Positions 20,916-33,274 of a stretch of 64,000 nt of DNA are shown one piece after another. Every line of letters begins with the position of its first letter. The stretch's first letter is position 1. Made by a program: the position numbers and the translations under genes. The notes beneath the pieces were generated by a model. The model saw only the letters and a program-made list of their open reading frames with translations. It had not been told where the DNA came from and did no database searches. The DNA comes from Rebecca billardiae RCC1528 (Eukaryota > Protista > Haptophyta), in NCBI GenBank assembly GCA_965240325.2, contig OZ251222.1:496001-560000 (forward strand), given 5' to 3'.

Positions 20916-22571
20916 TCATTGCTCACCGGGCGCTGCTGCGCCATCGTCTCCGACCGTGCCGGGGTAGTTGATCACCTTCTCCGCCTTGAGCGCGCCGACA
21001 GGCTGATCAGAGTCTGCGTGCGGCGGCTGCTCGGTGATGCTCGCCGTTGCCGGGGCGGGCGGGGGGGTGGCGGTGCTGGCAGTCATGCCCAGGGCCGTCG
21101 CGGCGACGGCCAGCACGGCCACAAGCACGGCGAACGCGACCGCGAGCATGTTGGTCTTGCCCTGGCCACCGTCGGCGCGCGCGCCCGAGCCAGCTGCGGC
21201 GGCCGATGCCTTTGCACTGCCAGGCCCAGTCCGGCCGGTCTGAGGCTTCGCGGCCGCGGCTGTCACACGCTGCAGCACGTCGGCGGCGGGCTCGAAGACC
21301 TCGCGCGCGCTCTCTACCACGCGCGCGGCGTCAGCTGGCGCGAGCGTGGTCGCGAGCATCAGCTCGAAGCTCTCGCCCAAGTCGTCGGCGTCGTCGGTTG
21401 GGCCGAGGTAGTCACACAGCGGCACGCCTGCGGTCAGCGCGCCCTCGGCAAACACGCGCCTCGCCAGCGGCTGGACGTCCGGGCCGGTGCGGCCGGTGAG
21501 CGCGCCGCGCCTCGCCTTCGGAGGCCCGTCGCCGTCCCCCTCCTCGTCGCTCCCGCCCTCCTCCTCGCCCTCCTCCGCGTCGCCGAGCACGTCTGTGAGG
21601 TCATCACGCAGCAGCCCGAGGCGGCGCTGCAGCGTGGACTCGAGGTCGAGCTTCAGCAGCCCGACGGCGTGGGCGATGCTGTCCTTGGGCGCGGCGTACG
21701 CGCGGCCGTGGACCGCGCCGCTCAGCTGCAGCCGGAAGCGCACAGGCGCGGCCTCGCCCGAGCCCGCGCTCGAGCCGGCGCCGGCCGGGGCCTGAGGCGG
21801 GGCGCCGAGTGCCGGCGCCGACGAGAAGAAGCGCACTGCCGAGCAGGGGGCCTGCTCGGGCGCGGCCGCGCCCTTGGGGGCGGCGCCTGCAGCCGGGAGC
21901 TTGGAGACCGGCTGCTCGCTGGCGTCGGCGGTGGTGAGCTCGCCGTCCACGCTCGCGCGCGCGTGCTTCAGCCGCTCGAGGGCCGGGCGGCACGCCGCGC
22001 GCACCACCTCGACAATCAGCCGCGCGCGCTCTTCGCTCGGAGCGTCCGGCGGGTAGCACACTTCGGCGCGCACGTCCACCGCCCACGTGCCCTCGAAGGC
22101 GTGCATCGCCGGGGCGCCACGGCCGAGCTTGAGCTCGGCGACGGTGAGCTTCTGCGCGCCGGCCGACGTCGAGCGGCACGTGGCGCGCCGCGAGTCCGTC
22201 GGCAGCAGCAGCAGAACGGCGGGGCTGCCGCCCAGCTTCCCTGCCATCGTGCTGAGCTGCGCGCCGAGGGCGGCCTCCGCGGCAGCCGCGTCGGCCCCCT
22301 TGCAGAAGACGTAGAAGCCGAGGACCGAGACGCCGCCGGGCAGCGCATAGGACACCTGCCGCGCGTGCTCCGCTACCCACTCAACATCCAGCGCGCTCAC
22401 GGCCTTTGGTGGCCCGGCACCGTCAGGATCCGGCGTGCGCATAAGCCTGAGAATCGTCGTACGGCTCTGCGAGCCGCAGCCCGTGACGAGGCCGATCTCG
22501 AAGGTGCATTTCTTCAGCAGGCCCTCGTGGTAATCGTTCACGTACCGCTCGTCCCCCGTGACCGTCGGCAT
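20916..22571 (-). CDS. ODR4: ODR-4-like ER membrane protein
   Basis: IGLVTG, LMRTP, LDVEWVAEHARQVSYALPGGVSVLGFYV, LARRVF, PLCDYL and a C-terminal TM helix. Confidence 0.85.
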   Translation of the reverse strand: MPTVTGDERYVNDYHEGLLKKCTFEIGLVTGCGSQSRTTILRLMRTPDPDGAGPPKAVSALDVEWVAEHARQVSYALPGGVSVLGFYVFCKGADAAAAEAALGAQLSTMAGKLGGSPAVLLLLPTDSRRATCRSTSAGAQKLTVAELKLGRGAPAMHAFEGTWAVDVRAEVCYPPDAPSEERARLIVEVVRAACRPALERLKHARASVDGELTTADASEQPVSKLPAAGAAPKGAAAPEQAPCSAVRFFSSAPALGAPPQAPAGAGSSAGSGEAAPVRFRLQLSGAVHGRAYAAPKDSIAHAVGLLKLDLESTLQRRLGLLRDDLTDVLGDAEEGEEEGGSDEEGDGDGPPKARRGALTGRTGPDVQPLARRVFAEGALTAGVPLCDYLGPTDDADDLGESFELMLATTLAPADAARVVESAREVFEPAADVLQRVTAAAAKPQTGRTGPGSAKASAAAAGSGARADGGQGKTNMLAVAFAVLVAVLAVAATALGMTASTATPPPAPATASITEQPPHADSDQPVGALKAEKVINYPGTVGDDGAAAPGEQ

Positions 22572-22699
22572 GGCGTGGGCGGGCGCGAGGGCACGCGGGC
22601 GGGCAGCCGGGCACGATGCCTGCTCTGGCCGGACCACAGCGGCCGGAAGTCCGGCCCGGTCTCATCAACAGAGTTCGGCGGCACAACTGTTTGGCAGCC

Positions 22700-23413
22700 A
22701 TGGCTGAGCCTCGCGTCATCGCCGTGGTGCCGGCGCGCGGGGGCTCTGTGGGCATCCCGCAGAAGAACATCAAGGAGCTGCTTGGCAGGCCGCTGCTAGA
22801 CTGGTGCGTCCGTTCGGCCCTCGACAGCGGCGCCTTCACCGAGGTTTACGTGAGCACGGACAGCGAAGACATTGCGAAAGCTGCCGAGGCGAGCGGTGCC
22901 AAGGTGCACTGGCGCGCGCCGGTGACGGCGACCTCGACGGCGAGCACGGAGCTGGCGCTCGAGGACTTCGTCTCGAAGCACGATGACTTCGACATCCTCT
23001 GCCTGATCCAGTGCACGTCGCCTCTCGTCGTGCCCGACGACTTTATCAAGGCGCTCTCCATCTTCAAGGAGCGCAAGGCGGACTCGCTCGTGACGGTCGT
23101 GCGCGCGCACCGATTTCTCTGGCGGGTGGATCCGAAGTCCGGCGACGCCGTGCCGGTCAACTACGACCCGCTGAAGCGGCCGCGCAGGCAAGACTGGTCG
23201 GGCGAGCTCATTGAGAACGGCGCCTTCTACCTGACCGCCAAGGGCCTCTGGGACAAGGAGAAGTGCCGGCTGGGCGGCAAGATGGCTCTGTACGAGATGG
23301 CCGAGCACACGCTTGCCGAGCTCGACTCGCTCGTGGACTGGGAAATCGTCGCCGGTCTGTGCACGAAGTACGGCTACTGGCCCTCCCACGCGGGCCCGCG
23401 GCCCGGCGCGTGA
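22700..23413 (+). CDS. CMAS: N-acylneuraminate (CMP-sialic acid/Kdn) cytidylyltransferase
   Basis: VPARGGSVGIPQKNIKELLGRPL, VYVSTDS, LIQCTSPL, RPRRQDWSGELIENGAFY, ELDSLVDW. Confidence 0.93.
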   Translation: MAEPRVIAVVPARGGSVGIPQKNIKELLGRPLLDWCVRSALDSGAFTEVYVSTDSEDIAKAAEASGAKVHWRAPVTATSTASTELALEDFVSKHDDFDILCLIQCTSPLVVPDDFIKALSIFKERKADSLVTVVRAHRFLWRVDPKSGDAVPVNYDPLKRPRRQDWSGELIENGAFYLTAKGLWDKEKCRLGGKMALYEMAEHTLAELDSLVDWEIVAGLCTKYGYWPSHAGPRPGA

Positions 23414-24496
23414 GCCATGGAGGCGCCCATCCCATCGAGCCGGCGGCCACTGCGCGCGCACGGTGCATCCATCGAGGGATGCTTCGTGACTCGACTCATG
23501 ATCGCTCGCCTCCGCCGACCCGGAGCTGCGCGTGTGAATGGGACCACATCAGTCACTTTCGCAGCGTGGTGCGCCCACGGCATTGCATCACCTGTTCTGT
23601 GGTGGCTGCCTTGTCGCCGCCATGCCGAGCTCGCGCAGTGGCGGGCGCAACGACGGTCGTTTTCATCGCTGGCACCACGATTTGCCATTTGGCCGACTGT
23701 CGAGTGTCGACACGGACCCAGACAGCCGCCCAGTCAGACCCGGCTAGCCGCTAGTGCGCTGCTGTCGTCGTCATTTTGTCATCGTCGCGGTGGACTACCC
23801 GCGGCGCGGCTCGCCATCACGAGTCGCGCGTCGCAACCGTCACTATACGGTAGTATACGGTTCCTAGACCTAGGTCATCGGCTGCTCGTCATCGTAGTAT
23901 GCGTAGTCCGCCTGCTTTATATATATATTTTAATTTTCTGCCAATCGGCGAATAATCGGCTGCGGCGACAGTCACAGACGGCTGCGCAGCGCGGCGCGGG
24001 CGGCGGGACGAGGCGGGACGGGCCGCCCGGAGAGGCCGGAGACCGCGTCGGCTGCGCCGGCTGCGCCGGCACCGCCGCGTCTCACAGTCACAGAGCATCA
24101 AGTCCGACAATATCGATTGCGCGTGCTGACTAGCTAGTATAGCTTGTGAGTTGTGACCGTCTCGGCTGTGACAGACCCCTCACCCGGGCCCTCGCCTCGC
24201 CCCAGGGTGGCCGTAGAGTGCTGGTGACGCGGTGTTCCGCCCGAGACGCCCGAGTGGTCGTGTGGCATGCCGCGGCTCCCACGGGACGGGCGAAAGGGCC
24301 TGCCGGAGGCCCAGAGCGGCCGCTGGCCGGCGCCGCTGCATGGCGGCGGACTTGAACTCGTTGCCAACAATGTTCTCGTCAAATACGCGCACGACGGCAC
24401 ATGCGATTGTCACCTCGGTGTGAGTGTGACCAGAGGCTTCATCACCCTGTCCAGGTGACGAGATTCGGCCGGCAACCCCGTGCGGGTGTGAGGGTG

Positions 24497-25562
24497 TCAC
24501 AAGTCGAAGTTGACGGCGCGCCTGGTCAGCGTGGATTTCGGCACGTACCCAGTGAAGTGAAACAGCGCGTACGACTCAGCATCCACCTGGCACGGTAAGC
24601 TCATGATGTGCGCTCGCTCCACGCCATCGCTGCCTGCGGGGCCGCGGCGCCGCAACGGGGTCGGTGGGGAGCGGGCGTCAGGGCAGCTCGTGGCTGATCG
24701 CGTGTGGAGGGTGCGGCGAGGGCGCGTTCGGCGCTCGGGGGGCACGAGGTGCGGGCGCACCAGGCTCGAGGCCGCTGAAGACCCACTGCACGCGCTGCGC
24801 TGTCTCGGCGGGCATAACCGCATCCTGCTCGGCGCGCTTGTAGCCCATCACTGGCTCCAGGTCGACAGCAGTGCCGGCGGCGAGGCTGACCACGTCGCCG
24901 CACGCGAGCGCGCCGTCGCTCCGCGCGCGCTTGCTCCCCGCGGCGCTGGGCGTCTCCGCCTGCGCCACGCGCGCCGCGTCCTTCACCTTGCCCAGGAAGG
25001 AGTCGATCAGGTAGGTCACATAGTCGGTACCTTCGTGGAAGCGGCCCTGCCCGCAGTACTCAACCTCGATCTCGAACTCGGAGTCCTCGGTGAAGGCGGC
25101 CTCCCACGAGGGGCCCTGCTTGACCTCCGTGAGCTCGAACTTGAACATGTTCTTGTGCACGAAGGTGTGCCGCTGCTTGTGCCGCACGCACGAGATGGGC
25201 GTATGGTCGGGCGCGACTGGCTTCTCCGAGGATGCCTGCAGTCGGACGGGGTGGTGCGTGTCCGTGCCGAAGACGTCGAACGTGTCGAGCCGCTGCTTCC
25301 GAAGGAATACGTGGCCCTCGGGCCCCCCTTGCGATTCCCGCACGCCACTCTGCCGGATAATGTCCGCCGAGCGCACGACCGTCGGCTTGACCGACCACGC
25401 CTTGTTGGTGTGCAGCTTGCGCAGCATCTCCTCAAACTTGGACGCGTCGATCTCTTTGATGCGCGCCTCGATCTCGACCTCGTTCGAGCCGCCGTACCGC
25501 GAGAACCAGGAGTGCACCTTGGCGCGCGTCTCCGGCACGTCGAGCGACTGCGCCGCGAACAT
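24497..25562 (-). CDS. CYTH/triphosphate tunnel metalloenzyme, probable mRNA-capping RNA 5'-triphosphatase; intron 24634-24760
   Basis: Motif A EVEIEARI, basic VRHKQRHTF, KFELTEV and motif C EFEIEVE. Confidence 0.75.
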
Positions 25563-25752
25563 CGCGCTCGGCGACGCCCAGGCCGCCGCCGGTGGGCGCC
25601 CGGGCGAGCCAGTGGCTCGAGAGCTCGGGCTCGGCTTGCCGGTTTGCAGCAACTCAAGCCGAAGGCAGTGTGCCAGCCGCCATCGTACTCCGAGCACGTG
25701 CGGCTCTCCCGGCGCGGCCGGCGTGCGCCTCGGCGAGCGCTTGCACGCGGCC

Positions 25753-27131
25753 ATGGCTGCGCCCGAGGCCATGGGGGACGACACGGTGAAGAAGAAGGAG
25801 ATCTACTCGTACCACGCGCCGTGGCTCATCTACGGCATGAACTGGTCAGTCCGCGCGGACAAGCGCTTCCGGCTGGCGATCGGCAGCTTCGAGGAGGAGT
25901 ACACAAACACGGTCCGGATCGTGCAGCTGGACCCGGATAAGCAGTGCTTCGTCGAGACGGGCGAGTTCGACCACCCCTACCCGACGACGAAGATCATGTG
26001 GCTGCCCGATCAGCAGTGCCAGCAGTCAGACCTGCTGGCGACCACAGGCGACTACCTCCGACTGTGGCACGTGTCCGAAAACGGGAGCCCACGGCTGGAG
26101 TGCTTGTTGAATAACGTGCGCGGCGTCTCGCGCTGCACCGCCTCCTCGCCCACCGCGCGAGCGCAGGCTCGTCGCGCCCGCTCCTGCGTCGCGCCCAAGC
26201 GAAGCGGCCCGCCTGCGGCGTACGCCCCTCGCCCGCATGCATGCGTGCGCAGAACAAGAACACGGAGTTCTGCTCGCCCCTCACGTCCTTCGACTGGAAT
26301 GAGAGCGATCCGAGCATGATCGGCACCTCCAGCATCGACACCACGTGCACGATCTGGGACATCACGGTGAGTTCGCACGCCGCGCGCGACCGAGACGACG
26401 CGTGCACGCGGCCTGCACGGGCGGAGTGCTGAGCGCCGCCGGCGGGCACCGCGCTGCGCGACGGGCGCTCCCTGCGCAGAAGCGCGTGCCCAAGACGCAG
26501 CTGATCGCCCACGACAAGGAGGTGTACGACATCGCCTTCGCCGCCGGCGTGCACGTCTTCGCCTCCGTCGGCGCCGACGGCTCAATCCGCATGTTCGACC
26601 TGCGCTCGCTCGAGCACTCCACCATCGTCTACGAGTCGTCCGAGACGTCGCAGGGCGTGATCGCGCCGCTGATCCGGCTGGCGTGGAACAAGCAGGATCC
26701 GAACTACCTGGCGACGGTGACGATGGACAGCTCCAAGGTCGTCATCCTCGACATCCGCGTGCCCTCGATGCCCGCCGCTGTCTTGGAAGGGCACACGCAC
26801 TGCGTGAACGCGCTGTCGTGGGCGCCGCACTCCTCCTGCCACGTCTGCACGGCCGCAGATGACAGCCAGGCGCTCATCTGGGACCTGTCGCAGATGCCGA
26901 AGCCGATCGAAGGTGCGCGCGCGCGGAGTAGGCCGCCGGCGCTCCATCACGTGTTGACGGAGCCGCGTGCGCCCCCCGTGCGTGCACGCGCGCCGCCCGC
27001 TTCGCTGCCGCACAGATCCGATTCTTGCCTACCGCGCAGAGGCCGAGATCAACCAGGTGCAGTGGTCCAAGTCGCAGCCGGACTGGATCGCGATCTGCTT
27101 CAACAAGACGTTGCAGATCTTGCGAGTCTGA
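25753..27131 (+). CDS. DCAF7: WD40 protein of the DCAF7/WDR68/AN11/LWD family; introns 26116-26252, 26367-26479, 26913-27015
   Basis: [89 protein letters not shown]. Confidence 0.96.
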
Positions 27132-27964
27132 CGTGCTGCCTTCCGGCGCACTGCTGACACCGGCAGCACAGCCCGGGGCAGGATGGCGTCGCGGCCACGG
27201 GCGGTCCAGTAATCGCGTCGAATCCCCGTGACTCGCGCCTTCCGCCTACTTGAGCTTCCACTGCAGACTGCTGCTGCAGGTGCTTCTCCAGGCCCAGGGA
27301 CGACCATCGCTGATGCCGCCTGCTGCCCAGCTGCAGCAGCTGCTGCACGCTGCAGCACTTTGTGATGTACTGGCCGAGCAGCCGACGCGACGCGACGACA
27401 CTGACTCGACACTCATGTGATTAAATTTTGTGAGTCCGATCAGAAGTGGTACCCTGGTGGCGGGCGGTCGGGCGGTAGCCTGCCTGGCATCCCGCGAGCT
27501 CAACGACGGTCTATATATACTGCGGCTCGGACTGAGTCAGCTAGTACTCAGTGATGACTAGTGATGAGTGACTGGCTGACAGTCCATCTGCTGAGTGATG
27601 ATGATGCACGGACGCACGGGGCCCCCGCGCGTCGACCGCCAGCCAGTGGCGGGTCAGCGGAGCCGTCCGACCGCGTTACACTCTCTCGGCCGACTTGGCC
27701 TCGGGTGAGCCGCGGAACATGGCGGGACTAGATTGGCGCGGGTTGGGACCTCGGGCTCGCACTCGCGACCCCGACCGTGCAACTGAGTCACAGTCGCACG
27801 CCTCGCACGGCCTGCCGGGCGATGCAGCCGCAGTGGCAGCGTCGCGCACATTGCATTTGCGGCTGGGGGTCCGCCGGCTCGGCGCACACGGCGTCACCCG
27901 TCATGCAGCACTTGATTGATGACGCCGGGATTGGTCGCCCGCACCGACGGACGCAGCGTTTGGC

Positions 27965-30900
27965 TCACCAGCCTTCGTCGTCCGAGTACCCTTCGTCCTC
28001 GTCCGAGTAGCCGCCGCCATAGCCACCTCCGTAGCCACCGCCGCGGCCGAAGAGCATGTTCCACCCGCCGTAGCCGTGGCGCATGGCGCGGCGCGCCAGC
28101 TGGATCTCCTTGCGGCGGCGGCGCTCCTCGCGCACGGCCTCCTCCTCGGCCTGCACGCGCGCCGTGCTGCCGTCGTCTTGCGTCGGGTGGCAGAGGCTGG
28201 CGCGCGAGATGACGACGATCACGTGGTTGGCGTGCGCTACATTCGCGCCGGCACTGCTGGCCGCCGCGTGCCACCCCTGCACAGCGCGCGCGGCGCAGGC
28301 GCAGGGCGAGCACAGGGGCGTTAGCCACAGCGGGCAGTTCCCGGCGCGCGAAATGTCAGAGGCATATCTGCTCCGCCGGACAGCCGCGCCGCGCACAGCT
28401 TGGCCGGGCGGCCAGGGCACGCACCTGCCTCGCCATGTGCGCGTAGGTGAAGGTGCCGTGGCACTTGACCATCTTGGCCGTCGGCTTCCTGCCGTAGCCA
28501 CCGCTGTACCCGCGTATCATGTTGGCGCAGCGCGCGCCCTCCTTGCGCGGGTTGTCCGAGGACTTGTTGTTGAACGTGCAGTTCGAGCAGACCCACGAGT
28601 GCTTACGCGGGCCCTTGTCCTCCTCCTCGAGCACCTCGGCGCGCGCGGCGACCCACTCGCGCTCCGTCTGCTGCGAGAGCAGCCGGTTCAGCTCGTTGGT
28701 GCGCGAGAGCACGCCGCTCGGCCGGTCGCGCGTCGTCGAGTGCAGCGGGATGAAGTTGGAGTTGCGCGCGATCACCGCGTGGTCGACGATGACAGCCTGC
28801 TGGAGGCCCTTCCGCGCCGCTTCGGGCGCGGCCGCGTAGTCGAAGACGTGGAACCCGCCGCCGAAGTTAGCGTACTTCTGCGACAGCGCCTTGGGCGCCG
28901 GGATGGCCGCCTTCTTCACGCCCACCTCGACGCAGAACGTGTTCTCTGGACGATACGTGTCGTTGCTGCGCGCGTCGACCGAGGCCGGGAGCACGCCGAG
29001 GATGCGGTCGCCCGCTTTGATGCCCGCGCTCGGCTTCTCCTGGAGGACCACGCCGTGCGTCGCCGCCACCGAGTCGATCAGCTCGCGCACGACCGCGCGC
29101 TTGAGCCGGAGCGCCTGCTTGGGCATCCACCAGACCGGCCCGAGCGCGCGCTGCCCGGACCAGATCTGGCAGCTCGGCCGCTCGAAGTTGGTGTCGGACA
29201 TCTTGAGGCCGTACTCGAGCTCGTCCAGCCGGACCGAGGGCGGCACCAGCAGGCCGCCGAGCGTCGAGCCGTCCGTCGTCGTCACGAGCTTGACGCAGAG
29301 GTGCTCGCCGAGGCACGCGGAGATGCGCGGCCACATCTTGAAGACCTGCGGAGGCGCACGCCAGCGCGCGCGTGGCCGCGCGAGCGTCGGGGCGCGGCAC
29401 CCACGGCGCCCGGCGGCGCGGCGCGCGCACGCAGCACGGCGAGGCGCGGCGGCGCGCGCACCGAGCCATGCAGCAGGTGCATCTCGCGCAGGTGCAGCTT
29501 CTGCGCGCGCGCCCCCTGGAGCACCTGGTCCCAGCTGGCCGAGAGCCACTCGCGCCAGGCCTGGTTGCCGTCCACGTCGACGTACAGCCACGAGCGCACG
29601 AGCTCGGCCTCGCGCAGCGCGTTGCTCGCCGCCTGGTTGTGCGGGAGCACGAGGCGCGCGGTGCGCTGGCCCACCTGCGCCGCGCCGTGCTTGATCAGCG
29701 CGAGCCCGAGCTGGTGCGACTGGCGGTGCACGAAGAAGCCGCCCTGCGAGCCGCTCTGGTACCACTGCTTGCGCAGCGCGTCCGCGTCTGCAAACGAGAT
29801 CGACTGGTCGAGCGCGACGGTGACGGCCTCGACCTTCACGCCGGGCTCCGAGGCGAGCGTGCACAGCGTGCGCTTGCTCACCACCTGCAGCCCGCTCGAC
29901 GTCAGCTTCTCCAGGCCGACCATCGCCGTCGCGCCGCGGCGCGTGTCCGTGCCGGCGCGCTTCATCAGCAGCTCGACCAGCCGGGGCTGCTCGGCGATCG
30001 GCACGACGAGCGCCGCGTTGAGGAAGGCGTCGACGGTGCTCACGCCGCTGAAGGCGGGGTCGAGCGTGAGCTCGCCGTGCTTGGCGCGCACGGCTTGCAT
30101 CCACGCGCGCAGCTCCGCCGCGTTCGCCCCGCCGCTCCGGCCGGCCGCGAGCGCGAGCAGATCGGCGACAAAGGTCTGCACCTCCGCCTGCGTGAGCTTC
30201 TGCAGCGTCGAGTCGGACATGCCCCACAGGCCGGTCTCGCCCGCGGCCGCGCGGCGGTCGCCCTTGGTCAGCGCGCCGAGCGACTCGAGCCGCTTCGCGA
30301 TCGTGCCCGCCACGCGCGTCTCCGCCACGCACGTCGAGGTGAGTAGCACGTACTCGGGCGGCGTCACCTGGTTGGTGCGGTGCGTGCGGCCAAACGACTG
30401 CACGACGCGCGCGGCCGACCAGCCGAGCTCGGCGCAGACGTGCACGCGGCGCTGCTGGTTCGCCTCGCGCTTGTCGGCGTGGAGCGACGCGCCGGTGGCG
30501 CCGGCGTCGGTGATGATCGCGATCCGCTTCGCGCCCGACTGGAACGCCTTGCGCTCCGAGATGTTGACCGAGTCCGTGTCGGCCGCCTTGCTGCCGCCGC
30601 GCACGCGCAGCACGTACCCGCCGCCGTCCGCCGCCTTCACGAGGCGCTTCGTGCGGCCGGACATCTCGGCGACGTGCTCGGGGCCGAAGTAGGTGACGAG
30701 CTCGTCGAGGCAGCACGGCGGGAGCTCGACCGCGGCGAGCTCGGCGCCGAAGCGCTCGGCGTCGGCGCCGAGGCCGTGGTCGCGCAGCGTAGTGAGCACG
30801 CCTTCGCAGATCTCGCGCGTGGTCGAGACAAGCGCGTCCGTCGCGACCTCGCCGCCGATGGCGCGGCGCGTCGACTCCTCACCCGTCGAGAAGAGGCAGA

Positions 30901-32911
30901 TCACGACGGACTTGTCCGCGCGGATCGCCTTGCGCACCACCGACTTGATCGCCGTCGCCTTGAGCGAGAGCAGCAGCTGCTCAAAGCTGCGGCCGAGCGT
31001 GCGCGTGATGGTCGCGCGGTGCACCTTGGCGCCGCCTGGGCCGGGCGCGGCGTTGTGCTTGTCGACCGCGGCGAGCACGTTGCGCCAGAACGCGGCGAGC
31101 TTGTTGTACGCCGCCTCCGCGTCGCCCGCGAACGTCACCGGCCGCGGCGTCACCGTCACGCCGCGGAAGCCCAGCGAGCGCGCGATGTACGCGCCCTCCG
31201 ACTTGAGCGAGACCGAGAGCATCTCGAGCGAGCCCGCCGACTTCTTGAGCACGGCCGAGACGTCCTCGAAGCGCTTGAACGACGAGTTGGCGCCCCACAG
31301 GCCCAGCCGGACCATGTACGACCTGCGGCGCGCCGCGTGCGCCAGGTGGGCGGCTGGTGAGCCGCGCGCGCCCTCGCGCGTGCGCGCGCATGCGCGCGGC
31401 GCGGCGCCGCAGCGGCCGAGGCGGCGCCGCGCGCGCGCGCACATGTCTTCGAACTGCGTGGCCGCGGTGGCGCTGAGGTAGACGACGCGAGCGGACGGGT
31501 GCGTGCGCTGCAGATCGAGCACGGCGCTGCCGACGGCGCCGTTCTTGCCCGCCTTCGCCTTGTGCGCCTCGTCCATCGCGATGAGGCCGTCAAAGCCCGA
31601 GCCGCCCAGCCACGCGCTGAGCTGGTCGCGGCGCGCGGCCGCGGTGAGCTGCGAGTAGGGCACGATCAGCACGCCCTCGGCGAACACGTCCGCGATGGGC
31701 TTGCCGTGGGGCAGCTTCGAGAGCAGCTTGCCAGGCACCTCTTGCGCGCCGATGTCACGCAGGTCGCGGTCGGCGTCGAGCAGCAGGTCCGCGTTCGCCG
31801 TGAGCCACACGCTGCGCTTGCGGCCGCGCAGCCAGTTCTCCCAGCACAGCGCTGCAATCTCGCGCCCCTTGCCGACGCCGGTGCCGTCGCCGATGCAGAA
31901 GCCGGCGCGGTCGCCCGACGGCAGCTTCTGCTCGTGCCGCTGGCACGCGTACACGACCGCCTCGAGCTGCACGCGCGAGAGCACGCCCGACGCGCGCGCC
32001 GCCTCGGGCAGCGCGAGCGTGTACGTGATGTCCGGTGGCTCGATGGTGGCGAGCGTGGCGGACTCGACGACGTGGTCCTCGTGGCGCGGGCCGAAGCCGA
32101 GCTTGGTCGGCACGTACTCGGCGAACGTGTCCTCCGCCGACTCCTGCTGCTCGCTCGCCTCAGCCGCGCTCTCCTGCTCGTCGCGCTCGCGCCGGGCGGC
32201 ATCGAGCGAGTCCTTCTGCGCAGCGCCGGCCGCAGTCGCCAGCTCCTCGACCTCCTTGGCGCCGGAGGCGAAGGCGTCGGCCGAGCCCGCGCCGCTCGCA
32301 TCGGCAGTGCCGCGCGCGCCCTCCTCCTCGTCCGAGTCCGCGTCGGCGAGCCACGGCATGTTGTCGGGCGTGCTCGGCGACACGCCGGGCGTGGCCGCGC
32401 CGCTTGCTGCGGGCTCCGTTGCCGCTGTGGGCTGCGCTCGGACCACGCGTGCGCTGCCCTTCGCGCCCGGCCGCGCGGCGGGCGCATCGATCCGAACGGG
32501 TACCACCGCGGTGACCACCTCGGCGGCCGGGTCGGGCGCCGGCGCGCTCGGCGCTGGCGTTGCGCGCGTGCGCTTTGCGGGCGCATGCGTCTCGTCGGCC
32601 GCAGGGGTGAGCACCTCCGCGGCAGGCGGAGCGGCAGCAGGCGCCGCCGGGCGGGCGGAGCCCCCACGCGAAAGAGCAGACTGCTGAGCCTCCTCGTACA
32701 GCCGCTCCGCCTCGAGCTGCGCCTTGGAAGGCCGCCCGCGCTTGCGCTTGGGTGGTGGCGGCACGTCGTGGAATGACTGCGCGCCTGCGTCAGCCATCTC
32801 GAGGTCTGGTGCCGGAGGCGGAGAGGGCAGCGCCTCGGGCTGCTTGTCCACGGTCTCGCGGTTGCGTCGGATCGTCCGCTGCGCGCTCGCGGCCTCAGCG
32901 GTCGAACTCAT
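27965..32911 (-). CDS. Strawberry notch (SBNO)-like helicase; introns 31323-31442, 29346-29461, 28277-28424
   Basis: HVVESATL, LSRVQLEAVVYACQRH, GFCIGDGTGVGKGR, DEAHKAK, YMVRLGLWG, VAEMSGR, GASLHAD, FGRTHRTNQVTPPEY, AKRLESLGALTKGDRR. Confidence 0.92.
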
Positions 32912-33274
32912 GCCGGAGGCGCAGCTCGGGTTTGAACGAGAGCAGGGAGAGCGCGCGTCGGGGAGGTTGACCGTGCTACTGGTCACCCCGCTGAAGACCC
33001 GGAAGGCGGTGGAGAGCTCGGCCCGAGAGGTCTGGACGAGGCGATCCCCTGGACTCCGCCAGATTCAAATGCCAACATGACCAGTGGAGGAGCAGGTTTG
33101 GCCCCTTCCATTAAATAAGTGCCCACTGGTCGACCGGAGGCGCTCGTGGAATCCGGACTGAATGACTGGATCTCGCGTTAGTGGCGGCAGCCATTGCTCG
33201 CCAGCAGCGGCAGGTCGCGCGCTGGGCGCTGGCCGCTGTACAGGTACGCCACTGCGGCGGGGCGCGGCGCGGAG

